Positions 40,110-50,126 of a stretch of 64,000 nt of DNA are shown here, one piece after another. Under the pieces are notes generated by a model, which made no database searches, had not been told where the DNA came from, and worked only from the letters and a program-made list of their open reading frames with translations. The DNA is from Candidatus Babeliales bacterium (GTDB lineage: Bacteria > Babelota > Babeliae > Babelales > JANWKD01): the NCBI GenBank assembly GCA_963722255.1, contig CAVRJO010000001.1, forward strand, positions 832,001 through 896,000, in the 5' to 3' direction. Both the position numbers and the translations under genes were made by a program. Position 1 is the first letter of the stretch, and each line of letters begins with the position of its first letter.

Positions 40110-41132
40110 TTAGAAAATATCAAGATATAGATCAGAGTAAAGTTCTTGTTCAGCTTTATAGTTGCCAACAAAAGCGATCATTGCAGCATTATCGGTGCAA
40201 TAGTGTCGAGAGGGAGAATAAAATGCTAGGCCTCTCTTTAAACAAAAATCAGATAATGATTTCTTTAAATAGTTATTCGATGCAACTCCACCAACAAAGG
40301 TAATTGCTTTAACAGCAGAATACTCTTTCAATGCTCGTGTAAGACGCGAAATGAAAATATCTTTAATGCACACATGCAGCGAGCTAGCAACCTGTTTTTG
40401 AAATTCACTATTTGGTAGTTCAGTAAAATTTTTTGTAGCAATATCATAAAATCCGCGTTTAACAAGATCATACATGACCGAAGTTTTGAGTCCTGAAAAA
40501 CTAAAATCTAACGTCTGAATATTGCCACGGGTATAATGAAAAAAATCTTGAAAATTGACCTCTTCTGCTAGCTTTTCAAGCAAAGGACCACCTGGATAGG
40601 GCAAATGCATCATCTTAGCAATTTTATCAAAAGCTTCTCCGGCTGCATCATCAAGTGTTGTTCCTAATACCGTATACTCACCGAAATTATGCATGAGATA
40701 CAAGGATGTATGTCCTCCTGATGCAGTAAGACAAAGATGAGGGAAAGGAACATTGTTCTCAATACAAGCAGAAAATGCATGGCCTTCCAAATGATTGATT
40801 CCTATTATTTTTTTTTGTTTTGCAAATGCAAGTGCCTTTGCAAAGCTTAGTCCTACTAATAAAGACCCTGATAATCCGGGTTTTGTTGTGACAGCAATGA
40901 TATCAATATCATCTAATTTTTTTTTTGCTTTAGATAATGCCTCAGACACAATGCTATTAATTTTCTCAATGTGAGAACGTGATGCTATTTCCGGAACAAC
41001 TCCGCCATATTGTTTAAGGAGCTCTGTTTGTGAAAACAGGACATTAGAAAGAACGCCAAGATGAGAATCATAAATGCACGCTGCAACTTCATCACATGAT
41101 GTTTCTATTCCGAGGGTGATTCTCTTTTTCAT
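40110..41132 (-). CDS. tsaD: tRNA N6-adenosine threonylcarbamoyltransferase TsaD
   Basis: LGIETSCDE, GGVVPEIASRSH, NHLEGH, SGGHT, DDAAGEAFDK, CTDNAAMI. ATG 41132 overlaps the upstream stop (ATGA). Confidence 0.97.
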   Translation of the reverse strand: MKKRITLGIETSCDEVAACIYDSHLGVLSNVLFSQTELLKQYGGVVPEIASRSHIEKINSIVSEALSKAKKKLDDIDIIAVTTKPGLSGSLLVGLSFAKALAFAKQKKIIGINHLEGHAFSACIENNVPFPHLCLTASGGHTSLYLMHNFGEYTVLGTTLDDAAGEAFDKIAKMMHLPYPGGPLLEKLAEEVNFQDFFHYTRGNIQTLDFSFSGLKTSVMYDLVKRGFYDIATKNFTELPNSEFQKQVASSLHVCIKDIFISRLTRALKEYSAVKAITFVGGVASNNYLKKSLSDFCLKRGLAFYSPSRHYCTDNAAMIAFVGNYKAEQELYSDLYLDIF

Positions 41133-41884
41133 ATGCGTGTAGAATAATGGCTGCTTACATAACAATTCAAAGGATCTCTTACGGAAATAATGCAATTTTG
41201 AGCATACGGTTTTGAAGTTTTCGTTACTTTTGTATGCAGGCAGCGTAAATCAATCGCGGCAAAAAGCATTTTGGTGCTTACATCGCTGAGTATTTTTTCA
41301 TCAATTGCTTCATCAAAAACTATTTTTGGTAATTTAATGAAGATATCATCGGCTTTCCATTCTTCAGATTCTATTTTATTTACAAAGGTAGGGTTTGTAT
41401 AAAGTATTATAGTATCTTCAGGAATTGCACAAACGAGAACCGCGCCATTTTCATCATAACCGTTAAGTTCATCTATTTTCCAATATTCAACATGTTCTGT
41501 TGTTAGAATAGGCTTATCATTGGTTGTTGTTGTTATAAGTTCTTTTATCTTTGACTCGCGAGTAAATCTAAACAAGCGGTATGGTGCTTCAGTTTCTAAA
41601 AATTTAAAGTCTGCAGATTCAGGGAATTTTATTTTTTCGGTAATTAAAAGATGAAATTGATTGCAATTATGATTTTCATATATTTCAAAAACGCCTTTTT
41701 TTGAAATATATGTGTCTTTATTAATTTTAGGAGTACAATCGGTTCCTTTATAGAACATAGGATATGGAGAGGGATTTTCTATTTTTGAAGGAAATTGTAT
41801 GGTGCCTAAAAAGACCGATTGAGTTGCATAATTCATTGAATATGTAAATAAGGCTATTGTCAAAAATTTATAGAGTAAGTTCAT
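41129..41884 (-). CDS. Secreted hypothetical protein
   Basis: GAGG RBS; signal ending NYA; translationally coupled to tsaD. Confidence 0.7.
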   Translation of the reverse strand: MNLLYKFLTIALFTYSMNYATQSVFLGTIQFPSKIENPSPYPMFYKGTDCTPKINKDTYISKKGVFEIYENHNCNQFHLLITEKIKFPESADFKFLETEAPYRLFRFTRESKIKELITTTTNDKPILTTEHVEYWKIDELNGYDENGAVLVCAIPEDTIILYTNPTFVNKIESEEWKADDIFIKLPKIVFDEAIDEKILSDVSTKMLFAAIDLRCLHTKVTKTSKPYAQNCIISVRDPLNCYVSSHYSTRI

Positions 41885-42017
41885 AGCTTTACCTCACCAT
41901 TGTATACTTTTTTAAATAAACACTTAATGATAGAATAGCGTAAAGAATCTATTTTTTCAAAAATTTGTGTGAGATGGATGAAGGAGATATGATGGTATCT
42001 ATTTTTAAGGAGATTTC

Positions 42018-43250
42018 ATGAAATCATTACAAGCAGTTGATCCATCCATTCAAGCATTGATCAATCAAGAACTAGATCGTCAAGAGGCAACTATCGATCT
42101 TATTGCATCAGAAAATTATGCAGACGCCGCAGTATTGGGAGCTTTGGCTTCCGTATTTACCAATAAATATGCAGAAGGATATCCCGGTAAACGCTATTAC
42201 AGTGGTTGTTCAATAAGCGATGAAGTTGAATTATTGGCGCAGGCCCGGTGCAAACAACTTTTTGGCGCAGAGCATGTGAATGTTCAACCGCATGCAGGCT
42301 CCCCTGCAAATTTGGCGGTCTATTTTTCTGTTTTGAAACCCGGTGATTTAATTATGGGTATGAGTTTAGCAGAAGGTGGTCATTTAACCCATGGGCATTC
42401 AGTAAATTTTTCGGGTACGATTTATAAATCTGTTTCATATACAGTAAATCCTGAAACTGAAGAGCTTGATTATGATGAAATTCATAAACTGGCTCATGCT
42501 CATAAACCAAAATTATTGATCGCTGGAGCTTCAGCCTATTCAAAAGCAATTGATTTTACTCGTTTTGCAGCAATTGCTGAAGATGTAGGGGCCTTGTTTA
42601 TGGCAGATATTGCTCATATAGCGGGTCTTATTGCTGCCGGTCTTCATCAATCTCCAGTTCCATTTGCTGATTTTATTACGAGCACGACGCATAAAACATT
42701 ACGAGGTCCTCGTGGTGGATTAATTATGTGTAAACGGCAATATGCAGAAATAGTTGATAAAGCGATTATGCCCGGTATTCAAGGTGGTCCTTTTATAAAT
42801 GTTATTGCAGCAAAAGCAGTTGCTTTTGAGCAAGCGCTAAAACCTGAGTTTAAACTTTATCAAGAGCAGGTTATTGCAAATGCACGAAGAATGGCCATTC
42901 TGTTTCAGGAACGAGGATATAGAATTGTTGCTAACGGGACAGATAATCATCTATTTATAATAGATTTGCGCAACCAGCAGATTACCGGTAGGGCTGCTGA
43001 GATTGCTTTGGAAAAAGCAGGAATCAATGTAAGTAGAAGTTGTATCCCCTTCGATCCGGCAAAACCTTGGATAACCAGCGGTATACGTTTAGGAACGCCG
43101 GCAATTACTACGCGAGGTATGAGTGGGCAAGAGGTTGCACAGATCGTGGATTTTATAGATGAGGCTTTGCGAAATCACAGTAATGATCGACGACTTGGTG
43201 CTTTGAAAGATGAAGTAACCCTTTTTTGTAAAAAATTTCCCATTTATTAA
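42018..43250 (+). CDS. glyA: Serine hydroxymethyltransferase
   Basis: LIASEN, NKYAEGYPGKRYY, GGHLTHG, TTHKTLRGPRGG, SGIRLGTPA. Confidence 0.98.
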   Translation: MKSLQAVDPSIQALINQELDRQEATIDLIASENYADAAVLGALASVFTNKYAEGYPGKRYYSGCSISDEVELLAQARCKQLFGAEHVNVQPHAGSPANLAVYFSVLKPGDLIMGMSLAEGGHLTHGHSVNFSGTIYKSVSYTVNPETEELDYDEIHKLAHAHKPKLLIAGASAYSKAIDFTRFAAIAEDVGALFMADIAHIAGLIAAGLHQSPVPFADFITSTTHKTLRGPRGGLIMCKRQYAEIVDKAIMPGIQGGPFINVIAAKAVAFEQALKPEFKLYQEQVIANARRMAILFQERGYRIVANGTDNHLFIIDLRNQQITGRAAEIALEKAGINVSRSCIPFDPAKPWITSGIRLGTPAITTRGMSGQEVAQIVDFIDEALRNHSNDRRLGALKDEVTLFCKKFPIY

Positions 43251-43324
43251 ATTCGTCTCTTTATAGTTGTTAATTGGTTTAAGTAAACTTGTTTAGAAGA
43301 AGCATATTTAATAAGGGGATTATT

Positions 43325-43660
43325 ATGAAGTGGCTTATTATTTTTATTATGGGGATCAGTCTTTTTTGGCAGATTAAATTGTTGCCCATGGAAAGCAAAG
43401 TGGTTGAGAACGGAGATTCTGAGGCAGAGAGATTTAAACAAATAAAAATAAGAAAACTATCGGGTTTCGATGCCCTTCGTGATTATAAACCAACATCTCC
43501 TCGAACAGCGGCATTCTTTAGCCCTAATTCTCCAAGGGCAGAAGGAAAAGCTTGTTGTTTATGGGATGATTCATGTAACTGTTTTTTTTATTACTGTTTG
43601 TGCATGCCCCTTTGTTATATGTGTTGTCAAAGTGGGAATGATTCATATAACTCGATGTAA
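43325..43660 (+). CDS. Secreted protein with SP/TP motifs and Cys-rich C-terminus
   Basis: AAGGGG RBS; signal then MES; PTSPR, SPNSPR; CCLWDDSCNCFFYYCLCMPLCYMCC. Confidence 0.7.
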   Translation: MKWLIIFIMGISLFWQIKLLPMESKVVENGDSEAERFKQIKIRKLSGFDALRDYKPTSPRTAAFFSPNSPRAEGKACCLWDDSCNCFFYYCLCMPLCYMCCQSGNDSYNSM

Positions 43661-43677
43661 AAATCAGCTAAAATACA

Positions 43678-43716
43678 AAACGGATGAAATAAGTAAAAAA
43701 CCTATTTCATCCGTTT
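43678..43716. terminator. Bidirectional terminator
   Basis: AAACGGATGAAATA/TATTTCATCCGTTT 14-bp stem between convergent genes. Confidence 0.75.
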
Positions 43717-43735
43717 AAAACTTAAAAAGATCTAA

Positions 43736-44086
43736 TTAAAATCTTTTTGGTCTTGGAGAGCCCCAGCCACCGCCGCCGTTTCCGCCGCGGCTACCGCCTC
43801 TGTCGCCACCAAAACGATCACCACCTGGACGAGGTCCACGCGCTTCAGGTGCACGTGCTTCATTTACTCGTAGGGTTTGTCTGTCTAGTTCATAGCCGTT
43901 AAGTTCAGCTATTGCTTGTTGAGCTTCCGCTGGATTAGGCATATCAACGAAACCAAATCCGCGCTTTTCACCGGTAAATTTGTCAATAATAATCTTAACT
44001 GAAGTAACTTCGCCTTTTTCAGCAAACAACTGTCTCAATTGATCTTCTGTAACCGTACGTGCGAGGTTACCAACATAAATATTCAT
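43736..44086 (-). CDS. RRM (RNP-1) RNA-binding protein with Gly/Arg-rich tail
   Basis: RNP2 IYVGNL, RNP1 RGFGFVDM, LRVNEA, GGDRGG tail. Confidence 0.95.
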   Translation of the reverse strand: MNIYVGNLARTVTEDQLRQLFAEKGEVTSVKIIIDKFTGEKRGFGFVDMPNPAEAQQAIAELNGYELDRQTLRVNEARAPEARGPRPGGDRFGGDRGGSRGGNGGGGWGSPRPKRF

Positions 44087-44299
44087 CGTATATTAAACTC
44101 ATAAAAAAAATAAAAAAATAAAAACTCAACAACTTACTATTAACCCTAGAGTAACCACCTTTCGTTAAGATTAATGGATTTATATAATATAATGAAGCAT
44201 ACAGCATATTTTTAAAATTGTCTAAGGCTTTTGGTTTTCTCCGTAGTTCGCCTGAAGGGCCTCTTTTTAAGGGTTTCCTAGTAAATAAGTCCCGAACCC

Positions 44300-44956
44300 T
44301 TATTTTTTAATAAAATCAAAGATGATAATCTCTTCTTGGTCCTCAGCGATTAAATAATGGAATGCATAAGCTGCTAGAATTGCACCAATACAACCGCCTA
44401 GTATATAGAGTACAAGATTTGACCATGAAAATGACATACCTGTAACTATTCCATACAGAACAGCGCCTATTGAAATAGCCGGGTTAAAGAGTCCCCCTGA
44501 AATAGGTCCACCCAAAGCAGCAAGGGCTAAAATGACTAACCCTATAGCAAGACCAAAAATATCATTGCCTTTATAGCGCTGAGATGTATTTACAACAAGA
44601 ATCAATAATACAAAAACGAAAGTTAATAATATTTCCATGATGAGGGCCTGCATATAGGTAACATGAACGCCGGGTGCAGGTATAGTCATGTGGCCATGAA
44701 TATAGGCAGTCATGGCAAATGCAGCAAATCCGCCTAGAATTTGAGCAGCGCAATAACGCAAGAATTCATTCCAATCTAATTTTCCGCGTAAGACAACTCC
44801 AAGTGAAACTGCAGGATTGAAATGGCCGCCTGATACAAAATGAGCGATATATACCCAAGCCATAAGCATCGTTGCTATTGCAAATTGATCAAAGGTTAAG
44901 GCAATGGTAAGAACAAAAAAGAATGTTCCTAGAAATTCAGTAATTAGTTTTTTCAC
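44300..44956 (-). CDS. Aquaporin (MIP family)
   Basis: EFLGTF, SGGHFNPAVS, SGGLFNPA; GTG start with AGGGAG RBS. Confidence 0.93.
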   Translation of the reverse strand: MKKLITEFLGTFFFVLTIALTFDQFAIATMLMAWVYIAHFVSGGHFNPAVSLGVVLRGKLDWNEFLRYCAAQILGGFAAFAMTAYIHGHMTIPAPGVHVTYMQALIMEILLTFVFVLLILVVNTSQRYKGNDIFGLAIGLVILALAALGGPISGGLFNPAISIGAVLYGIVTGMSFSWSNLVLYILGGCIGAILAAYAFHYLIAEDQEEIIIFDFIKK

Positions 44957-45032
44957 AATTTCTCCCTTTTTAGAAAAATTTGAATAAGAAGAATGACAAC
45001 AAAAAAAAATTACTGTTATCACTTTCTATAAG

Positions 45033-46439
45033 TCAAGAATTCAATTTGTTTATTGCTTCAATCTTTTTATTAATTTTTTCAACTAATTGAGCAGTAGTAT
45101 GTAATGGTAATAATTGTAAAAGCGAACAATCTTTGAGATCTTCTAAAGCTTTTTTGTCAGTTTTTGAATGAGCAAATGCTATTGAGGCAAGTATACAAGG
45201 CAGAGTTGGGGACAGTTCATTTTCATAGGGAATACCTTGCTCGCATTTTTGCTTAAAAGTTCCGATTGTTTGATTTAATGCTAATGAATAATAATATATT
45301 TTGGTCTTTAATATACCCTGTCCTGGAAATTTTTTACTTGGTTTGGCATGAGTGAACTGAACTATGGAATCTTCTAAAGACTCTAGTTTTTTATTATACA
45401 AGTTATACGCGGGTTGTTCGATTTTTTGGAAATTTTTATCAATATTAGAAAGCTCAATTGTTTTAACAATTTGCCATTTCTTTTCATTGTTATAAACATG
45501 GATTGTGATAGTGTTATTTGCATGATTTAAGACTGCAATAGTTTTTGCATCTAAGGAAGGTTTTAGATTTGCTTTTGCAGTATCTATTTTGCTGATTGAT
45601 GTTATGTCAAATTTGTTATCGTTGTTGCAAAAAAAGTATTCATCCTCAGTTGTAACAATGAAATTATGAGTATCAAGGATCAAAACTGTTCTTATGGGTT
45701 TATCAAATGTATATTCAATACTAGATTGTTGAAGAGTGGTGGAAATTATTGTTAAATACTTGCCACTTGAAAAGAGACAGATATTTTCATCTAAAAAATT
45801 TATTGTTTTCAAGGAAGAATCAGGATCAGTTTTAAAGCTAATTGATGAGTGTTCGCTCCACACATCACTCTTATTTTGGAAAATCTGCATTACGCTATTT
45901 TTGCACGCAACAGCTAAATAGTTTTGTTTAGGAGAAAATTTAGTTTCGAAGATATGACCTACAGTGGTAAATGATGAGATTCCAACACTAGGGTGATATG
46001 GAGCTGCAATACATAATAAGGGTGTAAGGGCAGAAAACAGAGAAATCACAGCGAATTTTGTGTGACTCTCAGCTAGTGGACTTGGCTTTTTTCTATACTC
46101 AACTTTCCATCCTTGTGAATGACAAAGGTAAAAAAGATGTTGTGCAATAAAAGGCTTTAAGTCTTCTGTGCATGGTTCTAGGAGTTTGTTCAATTGATCA
46201 CGTTTTTCATTAAGGTTGTATCCATTGATAGTTGCATATAGGGGTAACAAACTTTTAGCAAATTGTCTTCTTGCAATATCACATAATGATGCTGTTCCGT
46301 ACCCATTGGTACAAGAATTATAATTTAAATTATAACTTTCTTGAGCTGATTCATCGATGCCGGTTTGTTTCATAGGGAGGATTGTTGAATTGATAAATAA
46401 TGTGCAAAAGAGTGAAGAGAGCAGCAAGCTGTTTTTCAT
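45033..46439 (-). CDS. Secreted hypothetical protein, probable beta-propeller (WD40-like) region
   Basis: Signal then MKQ; KFSPKQNYLAVA and PSLDAKTIAV blade-like motifs. Confidence 0.6.
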   Translation of the reverse strand: MKNSLLLSSLFCTLFINSTILPMKQTGIDESAQESYNLNYNSCTNGYGTASLCDIARRQFAKSLLPLYATINGYNLNEKRDQLNKLLEPCTEDLKPFIAQHLFYLCHSQGWKVEYRKKPSPLAESHTKFAVISLFSALTPLLCIAAPYHPSVGISSFTTVGHIFETKFSPKQNYLAVACKNSVMQIFQNKSDVWSEHSSISFKTDPDSSLKTINFLDENICLFSSGKYLTIISTTLQQSSIEYTFDKPIRTVLILDTHNFIVTTEDEYFFCNNDNKFDITSISKIDTAKANLKPSLDAKTIAVLNHANNTITIHVYNNEKKWQIVKTIELSNIDKNFQKIEQPAYNLYNKKLESLEDSIVQFTHAKPSKKFPGQGILKTKIYYYSLALNQTIGTFKQKCEQGIPYENELSPTLPCILASIAFAHSKTDKKALEDLKDCSLLQLLPLHTTAQLVEKINKKIEAINKLNS

Positions 46440-46471
46440 GTTTATGCCTTTTTTTTATGTATGCATCTATC

Positions 46472-49255
46472 TTACTCTAATTCATCTTGATTGACGAGAT
46501 TTTCGTGTAACTGATCTTCATTTTCTTTATGATCATAAATTTCTATTTTATAAGCTTTCAAACGTCGATTGATTGATGATCTATTAACGCCTAAAAATGC
46601 CGCAACTTTATTTTGATTATGATCAAACTTTTCCATGAGCATCACTAATCGTTTAGGATCCCTCAAGGCATTTTTACCTAATCGAGCAGCTTCTGCCAAA
46701 TCTGGATCTGCAATATGAGAGGCTGGATCAAAAGTGACATTATGGTAGATTTCGTTCTTTTTAGATTTTTCGACCAGAATCTGATTAATTTTTTTTCTTA
46801 AGCCACACATGCTCAGAGAACGAGTTTTCATTAATTGCTCTTTATCACGCGATGTAAATTCAAGAAGATTCTGAAAATCATTTGCATTGCTCATTTCTTG
46901 TTGACTAAATTCTTTAATCAGTTCATCAAGCTCTTCTTGTGTTAAATTGAACAATGATGGCATCATCACAACAGTTTTGTGTAGTTCATCATACAAAGCT
47001 TTTGAAAATTTCTCTTCATTTACGAGAGTTTCTAGATTTTGGCTTGTTGAAAATATAACACGCACGTCAGCAGAAACACGTTTATTACTCTTACAAACGG
47101 TATAATAACCATATTTAAAAAATTCTGCTAATGCCTCCTGAGTACTCATTTCAAGTAGGTGAACATTTTGAATAAAAAGGGTACCGCTTGGATTAAGTTG
47201 CTCTAAAAGTGCTTGATCGAAATTTCCAAAAAGCGGACTTACACCAAAAAGTTTTATTGCAATAGCACCATTTTTTTCATGAGAATTCATGGTTAATTTA
47301 TGCATTTTTTCACGCAAACTAATATGGTGGAGTATTTCTGCAGTAGGCTCTAAATCATCCTCAGGCAGATCGAGCAAAACTGCTTTTTTACTAAGCGCAG
47401 CTTTAAGAAGTTCGATTTTGAAATTAAGTAAAGGAACGCTTGAGCCTGGAATCAGACGGTTAATTAATTTACCTGATTGTGTTGTTTGTAAGTAGAGTAA
47501 ATATTCCCATTCGGATGGATTACGAAGAATATGTGATTGCAATTTTAAAACATCTGAAATCTCAGGATATGCAACGGTGATAATAGTATTGTTTTTTTCT
47601 AAATGTGGTAATGCTGTTATTATGAGAGAGTTTCCCTTTGCATCCTGCGCGGTTGTTGATTGGCTGGTTTTGAACTCTTCAGCTTGTTTAACAATCCGTT
47701 TTATAGATTTGGTTAAGGGGTGACCATCAAGCATATTTATATTAATAGGTATGAGTTCTTTAGATGCTTGATTACCAAAAGTAAAATGATGACTTTTGTA
47801 AAAGAGTATACCGGTTTGCCGTTGTTTATTATCTCGCAAGAATGATTGAATACTTTCCTTAAATTGAGAATTTTCATGGTTAGTTTGATAAAGCCGTTCT
47901 TGTAAAATTTTATTTTGACTGAGCAGATCTTTGTAATTATTAAGTTGAAGAAGTGTTATTATATGGCCTAAATAACTTCCCATAATAAGCATCTGATCGT
48001 GCTCTAAATTACTAAAAAGCTCCTGTGCTCTTCGCGATGATGAAGCGATTATGATATATGCGATTAAATTGTTTTGTTCATAAATTGGTAAAAAAACATC
48101 AGCACGAATTTCATTCATAAAATCAAGGATCTCTTTATGAAGAGCCTCTTTTTGATAAAAATTGGTGAACTCTATTTCATCATAGAGCAAAATTTGTTGC
48201 ATACGCATATATTCAAGAAGTTTTTCATGCTTTAGACCATTATTTATTAAACGTTCAACAGCAGCCTCTTCCTGTGATAATATTTGAGGTTCACGCCTTG
48301 TAAGATGTGAGCTTTCGAATGCGATTTGTCTATAATAGATGGCAACTCTATTTGGATCTATGGATAAGGATTCTCTAAAAAATGTTTTGATTATGTAGTT
48401 GATTTCATTAAGGCTTTTTGCCTGTGTAATTGAAGCTAAAAAGTTTTTAAAATGATCAATAAATTTAAATTTTTGTGGCGATTGTATATTTTTTGAAAAA
48501 TTTAAAAAACGTAGCTTCATTATTTTACTGATCGAAAAATAGATAGCCCAAGCCAAAAATGAGTTTGAAAGGCCGATGATTAAATATAATTGTTTATAAT
48601 AAATTGAAAAATAATCCATAAATTGAGTGATGAGATAAGGAAAGATTAAATATTTTACAAGTATTGATATTTGTTTTTTTAATATTTTTGGAAATGTATT
48701 TTTTTTAATGATTCTGATAGTAAAGTAAAGGCTTGGAAGAACAAGCAAAAATGGTGCAATTAATGCTCCAGTGCGAATTATTGTTTGTTCTAAGATTCGT
48801 TCCTTGGGATCGACCGTATTGAAATGCATAAATGCAATATAAACAAAATAGCTTATCCAAGGGGTTCCAAGATAAATAAAAAACTTTTGTCGGAATTTGA
48901 AAATATAATTTTTTTCACAAAGGCTTTCAATAAAAAATCCTAAAGCTAAAAACAAAATATAATTAATCGCCCACGCTATACGAATAATAAATAAAGCTGT
49001 TTTATAATCTATACCAAATAAGTGTGTTGCTAGAAAAAGACCGGCTACCCAGGAAAAATCTACAATTAAGCTGCATGTTAATACGGTAAGTAATAGTAAG
49101 AGTTGTTTTTGGATTTTAGCCGATTTGACTGCAGTTGCTGTTAGAAAAATGAGTAAATAAATTTTAATTGTGCATGATAAAACTTCAATAAGCAGCAAAA
49201 GATAAGGGCTTTGCAACATCAGATTAAAATATTTATAAAACATCATTTTATCCAA
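46472..49255 (-). CDS. Membrane-anchored regulator: about 7 TM + GAF-like + degenerate sigma-54-interaction AAA+ + Fis-type HTH
   Basis: Hydrophobic N-terminal third; VFLPIY..NLIAYIII GAF-like strand; GTLFIQNV...ADVRVIFST; NQNKVAAFLGVNRSSINRRLK. Confidence 0.8.
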   Translation of the reverse strand: MDKMMFYKYFNLMLQSPYLLLLIEVLSCTIKIYLLIFLTATAVKSAKIQKQLLLLLTVLTCSLIVDFSWVAGLFLATHLFGIDYKTALFIIRIAWAINYILFLALGFFIESLCEKNYIFKFRQKFFIYLGTPWISYFVYIAFMHFNTVDPKERILEQTIIRTGALIAPFLLVLPSLYFTIRIIKKNTFPKILKKQISILVKYLIFPYLITQFMDYFSIYYKQLYLIIGLSNSFLAWAIYFSISKIMKLRFLNFSKNIQSPQKFKFIDHFKNFLASITQAKSLNEINYIIKTFFRESLSIDPNRVAIYYRQIAFESSHLTRREPQILSQEEAAVERLINNGLKHEKLLEYMRMQQILLYDEIEFTNFYQKEALHKEILDFMNEIRADVFLPIYEQNNLIAYIIIASSSRRAQELFSNLEHDQMLIMGSYLGHIITLLQLNNYKDLLSQNKILQERLYQTNHENSQFKESIQSFLRDNKQRQTGILFYKSHHFTFGNQASKELIPININMLDGHPLTKSIKRIVKQAEEFKTSQSTTAQDAKGNSLIITALPHLEKNNTIITVAYPEISDVLKLQSHILRNPSEWEYLLYLQTTQSGKLINRLIPGSSVPLLNFKIELLKAALSKKAVLLDLPEDDLEPTAEILHHISLREKMHKLTMNSHEKNGAIAIKLFGVSPLFGNFDQALLEQLNPSGTLFIQNVHLLEMSTQEALAEFFKYGYYTVCKSNKRVSADVRVIFSTSQNLETLVNEEKFSKALYDELHKTVVMMPSLFNLTQEELDELIKEFSQQEMSNANDFQNLLEFTSRDKEQLMKTRSLSMCGLRKKINQILVEKSKKNEIYHNVTFDPASHIADPDLAEAARLGKNALRDPKRLVMLMEKFDHNQNKVAAFLGVNRSSINRRLKAYKIEIYDHKENEDQLHENLVNQDELE

Positions 49256-49329
49256 TTCTTGAAATTAGGTCATACAAGACCTATAATGGCAGTAGTTAAT
49301 TTCTTTTTTTTATATAAGAGGGTATAATT

Positions 49330-49422
49330 ATGTTCAACAAAATTAATTTATTTACTGTTTTGACTGTATGTTTAACTCTTGTAGTATTACTCTGTACAGA
49401 ACAACCACCGCTCGTTTTTTAA
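49330..49422 (+). CDS. Putative 30-aa peptide MFNKINLFTVLTVCLTLVVLLCTEQPPLVF
   Basis: Below the ORF-track cutoff; AGAGGG RBS before ATG; signal-like hydrophobic core; divergent from the regulator. Confidence 0.4.
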   Translation: MFNKINLFTVLTVCLTLVVLLCTEQPPLVF

Positions 49423-49521
49423 ACCATTATTATTCTTGCAATATAGGCTATCATAGTGTTGTTATTTTACAATACAGAGAGATAATTGAATATGTTGCAA
49501 CGATAAAGTTTAAGAGCTGAT

Positions 49522-50055
49522 TTAATTTTTATTAATCGGCTCTTTTTTTATTTTTAATGTATTAAGAAACGTGAAGACTGTTTTTCGATTTTGAAAAATA
49601 AGAATGGCTTTATTTTTTTTGTTCTCTTCTAAGAGCCTGAGAATATCTTTTTTGTATAAACTATTAAAATTCCATACATAATTTAAAAAATATAAATCGA
49701 ACCGTTCATAACATCCATGAGCACTTGATGGTGTTGTTTTATGGTAATATTGTATGGTTCTTTTTAAAATTCTCCATAAACATATCATTCGTGCAAAATC
49801 TAAAAAAATAATTGTATCAGCATGCTTTATTCGTTCCTCAAACGTGCGCGTATAAATTCCTTCAATAATCCAATTTTCTTTTTTGCAGAGCAAGGTATGC
49901 TCTAATGCAAATTCAGCAAAAGGTCGTGCTTGCCAACCGGGAAGCCAATTATATTGATCCAAATGGTAGACGGGTAGTTGTAAAATTTTTTGAAGCTGTA
50001 ATGCAAGGGTCGATTTTCCTGAACCGCTTGAACCTATAATTGCAATTCGATGCAT
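49522..50055 (-). CDS. Adenylate-kinase-like P-loop protein (FlaR/topology modulation family)
   Basis: IIGSSGSGKSTLA, HLD, WIIEG, ADTIIFLD. Confidence 0.85.
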   Translation of the reverse strand: MHRIAIIGSSGSGKSTLALQLQKILQLPVYHLDQYNWLPGWQARPFAEFALEHTLLCKKENWIIEGIYTRTFEERIKHADTIIFLDFARMICLWRILKRTIQYYHKTTPSSAHGCYERFDLYFLNYVWNFNSLYKKDILRLLEENKKNKAILIFQNRKTVFTFLNTLKIKKEPINKN

Positions 50056-50126
50056 AGTTGCTCAATGATATTTGTACAAAGAAAATATGTGCCTGCCAAT
50101 AGGTTATTTTTGCAGCAGATCAAGCC

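Noticed and set aside
43736..44086. RRM protein as a eukaryote-derived effector
   Set aside because: No signal peptide; this single-RRM Gly-tail type is widespread in bacteria.
44229..44299. Relatively GC-rich stretch between the aquaporin and RRM genes as ncRNA
   Set aside because: Only a short AGGGTT/AACCCT stem; no family motif or second copy seen. An Rfam search would be needed.
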